Shown here one piece after another: positions 51,705 through 59,869 of a stretch of 64,000 nucleotides of DNA. Source of the stretch: Thermoproteota archaeon (lineage in GTDB: Archaea; Thermoproteota; Thermoprotei; Thermofilales; B9-G17); contig JAPDJW010000003.1 of NCBI GenBank assembly GCA_029258885.1, positions 117,044-181,043 on the forward strand, written 5' to 3'. The notes beneath the pieces were generated by a model. The model was given only the letters and a program-made list of their open reading frames with translations, searched no databases and had not been told where the DNA came from. The number at the start of each line of letters is the position of its first letter. Position 1 is the stretch's first letter. The position numbers and the translations under genes are program-made.

Positions 51705-52887
51705 ATGATTGATATTATTTACCCTAGATGGTATGAGAAGTTAGCCTATATTTTGCGTGAAGCGCGAGAACATGTTTTTATTGCGGTTCCCTTTATTAAG
51801 GAAGATATAGCTAGGTTAATTATTAGAAATTTAAAGAGCGATGTTCGGTTAAAGGCTATTCTAAGGTTATATCGTAGAGAAGTTGAGGCTGGCGTCGTGG
51901 ATCCCGAAGCTGTGTTATTATTGATGGAGCGTGGTGAGGTTAGGTTTGCTAGGAATCTTCATGCTAAGGTTATTGTATCGATGGAAAGGCTGTTCTCATT
52001 ACAACCTCTAACTTTACTGAAAGCGGATTACTGAATAATATAGAGTTTGGAGTATATATTAGAGACGAAGAGTATGCAAGAATATTTTAAGAAAGCTGGA
52101 GGAATATTTTAGGCATGCTGAAGAGGTTTCTAAGGAAGAGGTTGAGAAGTTTATTAGGTATAAAAGAGGAGAGAAAATAAAGCTAGATAGATTTGATATT
52201 TCCATGCTACAAGAACTTCCCCGCTACGCCTTAGGTAGTAATATACTTATTAGAATAGTTTCAAAGAATGTTATAAACTACTATAAGGAGCTTTTGAAGG
52301 GTATTTCTAAAAAGAAGAAGCTTCGTTTATTAGCTAAAGAGCTAGTAAATACACAGCTAGATTTTAATGAACTAATTGATATAGTGCGAGAAATTGATAG
52401 GAAACTTATAGAAAAAGGGCCAGATAATTTTGCATTGAATTTAATTGAAAATGCCTTTAAATACTCTCGCAAAATGGGGGCATTCTACGAGGAGGATCCA
52501 ATATACTGTAGTGGAATAATTCTAAATAAGGTGGACCAGTACGACCATAATGTAGCACAAAGGATTAAGCAAAAATTATCCTTGAATTTACATAGAACGA
52601 TATTGAATATGATATTAGGTATTCATAGCAGAGAGATAAGGAATCTATTCGATTATGCATCTGTAATTATCGATTTTAATAGATACTGGGGAATAGAACA
52701 TAATGTTTTACTATCCATACCAGAGAAAATATATTATCTGCTTAAGAATGAGCATGTAAGCAAGAAATGCAGGGAAAGATTAGCTAAAGAAGAGTACAGG
52801 GAAAGAATACACAGAATACTTAAGTATTTTATAAAAGATAAAGATGTAGATGAAGTGCTTAAAGTATATGACCAATTGACAGTATAA
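51705..52887 (+). pseudogene. PLD-family (HKD) nuclease-like gene with two frameshifts
   Basis: HAKVIV | IDGKAVLITTSNFTESGLLNNIEFG | NILRKLEEYF... joins ORF 52204. Shifts fall near 51978 and 52080. Confidence 0.75.
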
Positions 52888-53031
52888 GGTTACGTCAATG
52901 GATGTAGTTGAGGATTTTGGATGATTGTCGTCTAATAGATTTGCTAAATGATATGCATATTCTCTTCGAGTATTAAGAGTAAGCTATAAAATTACGTTCA
53001 TAATATCCAAAAATTATAATTAAGGTCAATA

Positions 53032-53973
53032 TTAGATTTTTATATTCTTTATTCTTGGAGTAAATGTTTCCTTGAACTTTTTGATAATATTTATTGTCCA
53101 GTTTATCAGTTCCTTTTTCTTGTTTTCATCTTCCATTACTTCCTCTATTCTTACTGGTTCAGGATAGTATAGTTCTATTCTAGAGCATCTTGAGTTTTTA
53201 AGTCTATTCCAGTTTAATTGAAAGCCTATGCTTTTTTCTATTTCTTCCTTCGTTTCTTTTAGTTTATCGAATATTTCCTTGTTTTTGTCATAGTCTCCTA
53301 CATCTATAACTAATTCTATTCGATATTTGATATCTCGCGTGAATACAGCAGAATACCAGAAGCCTGATTTACCCGCTCCTATGCTTAGCCAGTTTTGCGG
53401 AAGACCTTTTCTAGTTTTGGCTATTCCTTTTGAGTACAATTTTTCTGCTAGTTCTTGGAAGAATTGCTGATAGAGTAACGCTCTTCCTGTGAGCAACGTT
53501 CTTGTTCTTTCTCTTCTCCAGTTGTCCGGTTTTGATACTATGTTAAAGTAGACTGCTGGTTTTGATCCGTTTATTTTGAGGACTTGGAGCTCTATTCCGA
53601 AGAACGAGACTTCATTACTTATATTGTTAAGCCAATCAAGTGCACTTATGTGCTCCTCCCTGAATTCTGGACTTATCCATACTATCGTTGAGGCATTTTT
53701 CCCAGCAGAATACGTTATTATTTTACCCAGATGTTCGTGATCTGTTTTTCCTAGCTGAGATTCTATTATTACTAGTTTATCTTCACCGCTTAAGTCTCTA
53801 GCCACGATATCCGCACGAAAACTTCCAACCTCTGATTCTATTTCCAGGATTTCAAGCTCTATACCCAGAATTTCAGCCAACTGATCAATGTTCTCCGCAA
53901 GCCATCCATTGAACTCATTTTCGTTGTTCCACACATTCTTAGGATTAAGTTTTGTTAGCTTCCCCAGCTCCAT
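53032..53973 (-). CDS. NucS/EndoMS-like PD-(D/E)xK domain + DUF4268 protein
   Basis: EFNGWL, ESEVGSFRADIVA, IIESQLGKTDHEHLGKIITY, and a C-terminal QQFF..L / PQNWL region. Confidence 0.8.
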   Translation of the reverse strand: MELGKLTKLNPKNVWNNENEFNGWLAENIDQLAEILGIELEILEIESEVGSFRADIVARDLSGEDKLVIIESQLGKTDHEHLGKIITYSAGKNASTIVWISPEFREEHISALDWLNNISNEVSFFGIELQVLKINGSKPAVYFNIVSKPDNWRRERTRTLLTGRALLYQQFFQELAEKLYSKGIAKTRKGLPQNWLSIGAGKSGFWYSAVFTRDIKYRIELVIDVGDYDKNKEIFDKLKETKEEIEKSIGFQLNWNRLKNSRCSRIELYYPEPVRIEEVMEDENKKKELINWTINIIKKFKETFTPRIKNIKI

Positions 53974-54240
53974 ATATTTCCCTCATTCTTCATATATCTT
54001 AGATAATAATACACATCTTGTTTTAATGCTAACCAACATTAAATCTTAAAAGGTTTCTTATTAATAAATGTAAAGTTTTTAAGAAACATATCTTTAAGAA
54101 GTAACAAAGGAAAAAAGCATTCTTGCCGTTTCTGAAAACGGCTTAGTATCGCAGATTATGTAACAATCCGAAGACTTTTGCTCGAGGAGAATCATTATCC
54201 GGAATAAACATCAAAAGCTACATGAGCTTATACTCGAAAA

Positions 54241-55596
54241 TTATAAGTAGTAGAATATTCTTCGAGTTTTATTATATCGTATATCATGTTGACAGTAAGC
54301 AAATAGTGAGATTTTAATGGGGTTATGTTCATTACATAATTCTACGTAGCCAGCTCTTGATAGTGATCCGAGAACCTTTCTACTAGGTAATTTAGAGAAT
54401 CTTTTCATACTGCAAGAAACTATGCTAAAGGAGGGCGATATAAGTTTTAGAATCTCGCGCTTAAATCCCCTAGAACTGCCATGGTGTGGAACCTGAAAAA
54501 TAAATGGTAAAGTTTTATTTTTCAGTAGATTTTCATATCTTTGTCTGAATGAAGACCATATATCTTCCTTATCTAACCTTACGTCGCCTGTTAACAGAAT
54601 AAGGGAGCTGTATGGATGAAGCAGTCCAGTATAAATCACCCTATTTAGGATAGGGGGATGCATCGATAGCATGAATGCACTATTATAAGATTCCAAAGCC
54701 ATAAGTAGCGATAAACTAGTAAAGTTTATATCTTTCACTCCACACGTATCTTTAGCTAATTCCCTATAACATTGCCTAAGCTTCTTCTGGCTTTTGTATT
54801 CTGAAAGAATTCGTAGAATATCCCCTATACTTATCGTATTTAATCCAAATTTTTCCTCTATACATTTACGGAATTTCTCTAATGCATTATCGTTTACTGG
54901 GTATACATGGAATACAAGAAACATTTGAAATATGCAGGGATATTTTCCGAATAGTATGTAGGCATATTCTCCTACGTTATGAAAGTAGATTCTTGTATCT
55001 AAATTTTCTAAGATAAAATTCATTACATTCCTATCGAAAATATTACATATTTTCTTATCATTCATATCTAACTCCATCATCTTTGACCATTCAACTTTCG
55101 GCCTAATGGGCTTATCCCGTGGACCTTCAAATGGCATCCCATATGGAAATTCTGGCGATTTTTCCTTTCCTGTCCCTCTAAGAAATCTTATCTCCCTAAC
55201 CCCTAAATTCGCCAGAAATGATGCTGGCGATGAAAGAAATGAAAAATACCAGAGAGGCATATCTCTAAGAAATCCTTGACTTGCCGCAATAAATAATCGT
55301 TCATTTGGAAATATATAAGGAAGAACCACGGTATCAACTTTTACTTCGCTTAAAAGCTTAACTAAACCACTAACGTGGTCGTAGTGTAAATGAGAAATGA
55401 CTAGAAGATCTATTTTCTTAACCTTTTCAGCTAAGAAATCATTAAGCGATTTTTCTAATGCTTCCCTGCAAATTATATGGCTTCCACAATCGAAAACAAT
55501 ATTAAAGTTGTAATCGCTTGAATGCAAAGCCATAAATGTGAAAAGTCCATGACCTACTGGATAAAATTTTATATTTATACATAAATCCGGAAGCAT
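54241..55596 (-). CDS. MBL-fold metallo-hydrolase (ComEC/Rec2-like)
   Basis: VGHG, FDCGS, SHLHYDHVSG (HxHxDH), LTGD and QVPHHGS. Confidence 0.85.
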   Translation of the reverse strand: MLPDLCINIKFYPVGHGLFTFMALHSSDYNFNIVFDCGSHIICREALEKSLNDFLAEKVKKIDLLVISHLHYDHVSGLVKLLSEVKVDTVVLPYIFPNERLFIAASQGFLRDMPLWYFSFLSSPASFLANLGVREIRFLRGTGKEKSPEFPYGMPFEGPRDKPIRPKVEWSKMMELDMNDKKICNIFDRNVMNFILENLDTRIYFHNVGEYAYILFGKYPCIFQMFLVFHVYPVNDNALEKFRKCIEEKFGLNTISIGDILRILSEYKSQKKLRQCYRELAKDTCGVKDINFTSLSLLMALESYNSAFMLSMHPPILNRVIYTGLLHPYSSLILLTGDVRLDKEDIWSSFRQRYENLLKNKTLPFIFQVPHHGSSRGFKREILKLISPSFSIVSCSMKRFSKLPSRKVLGSLSRAGYVELCNEHNPIKISLFAYCQHDIRYNKTRRIFYYL

Positions 55597-55717
55597 AGTA
55601 TCATCTCGAAAATACTATATACATCAATATGCATAATTTGCCTATATATTTTTTATTTTTAGTGAATATTTCAGATCATTTCAGATTTCAGATTAATAAT
55701 TATTTACTTTATGATAG

Positions 55718-57115
55718 TTAAAAGTAATAGCGTATATCTCTAATTAAAAAATCGCCGATACCTAGCTTAACTATACTAGCAACACGTTTAGCATATTTTA
55801 TGGTTACGGGTTCCCTTAGCATAACCCTCGTTGTATTCCAGTCCATTTTAGTTAAAGAAAAAACTTGCATAGCTAATTCCTCAATACTTCTCTCACCATA
55901 ACATCTATACAACTCTAAAGGCTTAGGTGTTCCTATGCCCGGATATGTTCCCTCCGCCTCTGAGTACCCAGTAGTATATAATAGCCCTTCCCTATCGCTT
56001 TTTCTAAGAAAAGTCCCCCTCATAGTTACTATATTTTCATCTAGCAACCTAAGATTTGGATCTTCCATAATGTAAAGCATATTTACGTCTTGGGTACCAG
56101 ATAACGCCGATAATGCTCCTTTTATTTCTTCCCCAGTAAAATTAAGTGTCCTATGTATTGTAACAGAATATGGTTTTTCATCATCCCCTATACTCTTTTT
56201 ATATGCTTCTATAGCTTTAGAAATGAGTTTTTTCATACCTTTCTCGGTTAGATACGGATTCTTATTCCATAGGTTAGGCATTAATTGGTCTTCTGGCTTG
56301 AAGTCAACTGCTGCCATATCCACAAATTCACCGTAAGTATTAAAGATCTCAGCTAGGCCTATAGCGATTACTTGTCCTTTTTCATCTTTCCTTATCCCAT
56401 GTCTAATACCTATGAAAACTGATGAAGCTGGAATTTCTCTAATTATCCAAGGTCTTCCGCCTGCTTTAACATAGGTGGCTAACGATAAATTCCATAATGT
56501 GTCTGCTAAATCATCTGGTTCAAGAGCCTTTTCCGTTATTATTTGTGTCTTTACTCTTGCTTTTACTCCCATAGCTTTAATTAAGGTACGTAAGTCTATT
56601 CCTCTTATATCTAATGTTCCTTTAAGTGATACAAATTTATTTTGTAAACTTTCTGGTATGTAAACATATACTACCGTATTGGAATCATAACCCATATCTA
56701 CGATATCTTGAAGCTTTTGATTATAGATCTCATTAAATTTTTTTATAAATGAATCCATTGTTCTAGTACTAAGCAAGCTGTTTAAGTAGCTGGGATCAAT
56801 AAATATATAATCGTTATCTGTCGGTTCAGCTAATTTTATCTTATATGTTTGTTCAAAGCCAGGATAAGGATATTTGATGGTTCTCCACGTAGATTTAATC
56901 GGATGCTGGGTTTTTAATCTCTTGATAAGTTTTGAAATTTTATTCTTAACGTGCTCAGTGCAAACAACCTTAACATATATGTTGTCAAATGTTCTAATCG
57001 AAAAGTTATAGTCATAGGGACCATTACGTGATAATCCTTCTTTAGGATCGATTATTCTATCGATTTGACCTCTAGAGAAGAGAAGGGAAGGTTCGCTCCA
57101 ATGAATGATCTTCAA
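55718..57115 (-). CDS. ago: Prokaryotic Argonaute, MID-PIWI only, catalytically inactive
   Basis: EPSLLF, P.EGL...GPYD, RTLIKA..KTQII, NLSLATYVKAGGRPW, GLLYTTG, YPGIGTPKPL and LTKMDWN..PVTIKYA. Tetrad positions read R (FIGIR), T (HRT) and K. Confidence 0.92.
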   Translation of the reverse strand: MKIIHWSEPSLLFSRGQIDRIIDPKEGLSRNGPYDYNFSIRTFDNIYVKVVCTEHVKNKISKLIKRLKTQHPIKSTWRTIKYPYPGFEQTYKIKLAEPTDNDYIFIDPSYLNSLLSTRTMDSFIKKFNEIYNQKLQDIVDMGYDSNTVVYVYIPESLQNKFVSLKGTLDIRGIDLRTLIKAMGVKARVKTQIITEKALEPDDLADTLWNLSLATYVKAGGRPWIIREIPASSVFIGIRHGIRKDEKGQVIAIGLAEIFNTYGEFVDMAAVDFKPEDQLMPNLWNKNPYLTEKGMKKLISKAIEAYKKSIGDDEKPYSVTIHRTLNFTGEEIKGALSALSGTQDVNMLYIMEDPNLRLLDENIVTMRGTFLRKSDREGLLYTTGYSEAEGTYPGIGTPKPLELYRCYGERSIEELAMQVFSLTKMDWNTTRVMLREPVTIKYAKRVASIVKLGIGDFLIRDIRYYF

Positions 57116-57121
57116 ATGAAT

Positions 57122-58162
57122 TCACCCCTCTAATGCATATTTCTTCCAAACATCATCCCTTTCAATTAAAGGAAGAGATAGTATTTTAGCGCTAATGCTT
57201 ATTGCTTCATTATCGTCGCCGACGCGAATATTAATGCAGTTACCACCGTTACTAAGGTAATATAAGAGAGCATTTAAAGCGTTTAGTCTCTGTTGAGTAT
57301 TTTTCAGCGCTAATTTACGGAATGCCCTATAAACATCAATTCCAAGTCTTCTAATAGTAGAGGGACGGGCCTCAAGAAAAATCACATGCCTTGGAATCTC
57401 GTAAGTACGTCCTTTAACATCAATAATTTGTAAAACTTTTCTATCTTCAACATACTCAGGACAATAAAGGTAGTCTCTACTCAGATACTTTATTTTCTCA
57501 ACTCTAATTTTCTTGCCTAGAAAACGGCATAATTTCATTGTTATCCAAGGACAAGCACGTCTGCACACAAAGACTATATCATTGTTAATGATGTCACTGT
57601 AATCCTTAGTCTTTACCAATGGAGTTACTCTCGGAAAAATAGTCAACATAAGTTTTCCTTCTACGAGATCAAGTTTATACCTGAATCCTTCATGAATCAA
57701 TAAAATAGAAGAATCCCTACTGAAAAACGTATTAATCAATTTTATATCAAACGCATTAGATATTTCCTTTTTAAGCTTAGGGTTAGGTTTGGAAACAAAC
57801 GCAACGTTTTTCCTTCTATAATCCCAAGTGAAGCCCCTGCTAATTAAATAAGACCTAAAAGACTTATAGAAAATAACTCTGAATATATTGAATTTTCTGT
57901 TGATTATATCAACTGCAGGTATATCCTCTAATTCCTCAAATATTACATCACCTTTGTTTAAGAGATCGATAACATTATTCTTATAACCAATAAAATAAAG
58001 TATCTTTTCATGAAAGAAGTAATAAGTATACGGGGTAGTGGATATTAGGTTATTTAATTCATTATAAGACATATCCGAGAGAATTTTTATCGCGTGTATT
58101 TTCTCAGGAAACTTGGTTACTTCTAACATATTAATATATATAAATTTTTTATTTTCGCTCAT
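57122..58162 (-). CDS. Argonaute-associated protein: N-L1-(PAZ-like)-L2 half of a split pAgo (Aga1/AfAgo-N-like)
   Basis: L1-like HEGFRYKLDLVEGKLMLTIFPRV; Cys cluster; L2-like QQRLNAL. The ATG at 58162 overlaps the upstream stop (ATGA); 6 bp to ago. Confidence 0.65.
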   Translation of the reverse strand: MSENKKFIYINMLEVTKFPEKIHAIKILSDMSYNELNNLISTTPYTYYFFHEKILYFIGYKNNVIDLLNKGDVIFEELEDIPAVDIINRKFNIFRVIFYKSFRSYLISRGFTWDYRRKNVAFVSKPNPKLKKEISNAFDIKLINTFFSRDSSILLIHEGFRYKLDLVEGKLMLTIFPRVTPLVKTKDYSDIINNDIVFVCRRACPWITMKLCRFLGKKIRVEKIKYLSRDYLYCPEYVEDRKVLQIIDVKGRTYEIPRHVIFLEARPSTIRRLGIDVYRAFRKLALKNTQQRLNALNALLYYLSNGGNCINIRVGDDNEAISISAKILSLPLIERDDVWKKYALEG

Positions 58163-59577
58163 TCCATCACCTTTAAGTTTTTTAAAATCCAACTTAATAT
58201 TGGTATTTGTCTAAGAACAATATAGCGGTCTATCATACCTTTTCTGAAAATTATATTTATGCACCTTATATGTGCTATAAGTAAAATTAATGGAATAAAA
58301 ATAACAAGAATATCAAATATAACATTAAATATACTTGTTGTTGTAAGACTAGAAGATAATATTGACATTAATTTGCTATAATTGTTCCCATTTTCTAAAA
58401 TAAAAATGATGAGGCTACTAAATTTATTTATATCAAAATTAAAGTAAAAGGGAAGCAATAAGAAATAATATTGAATAATAAGTAATATTGAGAATAAAAT
58501 AGATGATATCCTAGTATAATGTGCTGCCTTTTTCTCAATGTGAACAACTTTATCCTCAAGCGATTTTACAGCTAATTGAATTTTATCCCAGTCTTTTTTA
58601 TTCACAATATAACATTTGTCTCTTTTCATTAAGTATAGGAGCCATAAAGCGAAAGAATAGGACTCAAGATCTTCAACAGGCACATGTGGATACCATGCTG
58701 AACTACTAAGAATAATTTTTCCATTACTTATTTCAATAGCTTTTGATACTGCAGAGTGATCATCCCTTATTATCCTATTTGCTTCATCATCATTAAATCC
58801 TGCACTAATTAAGGAGGCTGCTTCTCTCAATTTCCTCTCTAAATCATAGATAACATCATTACATATATCACTAGAAATAAGGCTCTCTAATTTCTCTACA
58901 ATACGATAAAGGAGGGAATCATCGATATTTAACCCCGTCTTTCTTAAGTTTAATAAACCTATACCGAGCTTAGATAATTTTCCAATATTAAGTAAGTTCT
59001 CATCAAATGAGCCTATGAATTTAGTTATAGCTTCAGCTACTATATTCATATCCTCTTTCCTAGGCATAAAGGATATTCCGAATATAACTGATGGAAAGGC
59101 AGAGTTAGGCCTGTTAATTTTCTCTAAAAGAAAATCGTATGCATCCTTAATTATATTGCTGAATCCATTGATATCATGGAGCAGAAATATAACATATGAA
59201 GCTAAATCAATGGATTTCAACCATTTTTTACTCCTTATAGCTTCGAGAACAACTTTTATCATACGTTTGTGCTCAGAATTTAAGGTTTTGTACATGTAAA
59301 GAAGTTTGTATATTAATAGTGCTTCAATGACGAACCTTATATTTGAAATTAACCTATCATCATGATTACATAAAATAGATTTTATACTACCAAGCTTTTC
59401 CTTAAGATAATCAACATCTAATAGGTACTTATCATCTAGTTTTGCCAAGATATAGGCTCCGATTAAGTATGGAAAAAGATCATTATTCTTTCTGGCATGT
59501 ATCATTCCTAAGATAATATATTCTCTGAGCCTCCTCACAATACAATTTTCAGTAATTGAATACTTTAACTCCAACAA
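58159..59577 (-). CDS. Putative membrane effector of the Argonaute operon (large helical domain + 2 C-terminal TM)
   Basis: Hydrophobic segments ISSILFSILLIIQYYFLLLPFYF and IFNVIFDILVIFIPLILLIAHI; coupled to the downstream gene. Confidence 0.65.
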   Translation of the reverse strand: MLELKYSITENCIVRRLREYIILGMIHARKNNDLFPYLIGAYILAKLDDKYLLDVDYLKEKLGSIKSILCNHDDRLISNIRFVIEALLIYKLLYMYKTLNSEHKRMIKVVLEAIRSKKWLKSIDLASYVIFLLHDINGFSNIIKDAYDFLLEKINRPNSAFPSVIFGISFMPRKEDMNIVAEAITKFIGSFDENLLNIGKLSKLGIGLLNLRKTGLNIDDSLLYRIVEKLESLISSDICNDVIYDLERKLREAASLISAGFNDDEANRIIRDDHSAVSKAIEISNGKIILSSSAWYPHVPVEDLESYSFALWLLYLMKRDKCYIVNKKDWDKIQLAVKSLEDKVVHIEKKAAHYTRISSILFSILLIIQYYFLLLPFYFNFDINKFSSLIIFILENGNNYSKLMSILSSSLTTTSIFNVIFDILVIFIPLILLIAHIRCINIIFRKGMIDRYIVLRQIPILSWILKNLKVME

Positions 59578-59869
59578 TTCACCTTAATATAAATAGTTAC
59601 TACTGCTATTAAGCATTTCTATCTTCTAGTTCTTCGAATAAATGTAAAAACCGTTAATTATCACTGTTATAGTATCTAGTCTTCCCCAGTAATTTTTATG
59701 CTTAAAAATACTAATAGCAATCCTTTGATTAGTTTATCTCAAAATTACTGCCTTTAGAATTAGTCTATACTGTTTTCTCTATTATATATGTTAAGAAAAA
59801 CCAATATTAGATACTAAAATTTGGTAATAGTATTTGTGACTCTTTTTATATAAGTTATTCTTTAATTTA

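Noticed and set aside
54125-54142. GCCGTTT-CTGA-AAACGGC hairpin as a terminator feature
   Set aside because: Only a 7-bp stem with no U-tract; archaeal termination does not usually rely on hairpins.
55718-57115. Active slicer Argonaute or SPARTA/SPARSA-type system
   Set aside because: Catalytic Asp positions are substituted, and the upstream partner shows no TIR, SIR2 or nuclease domain.
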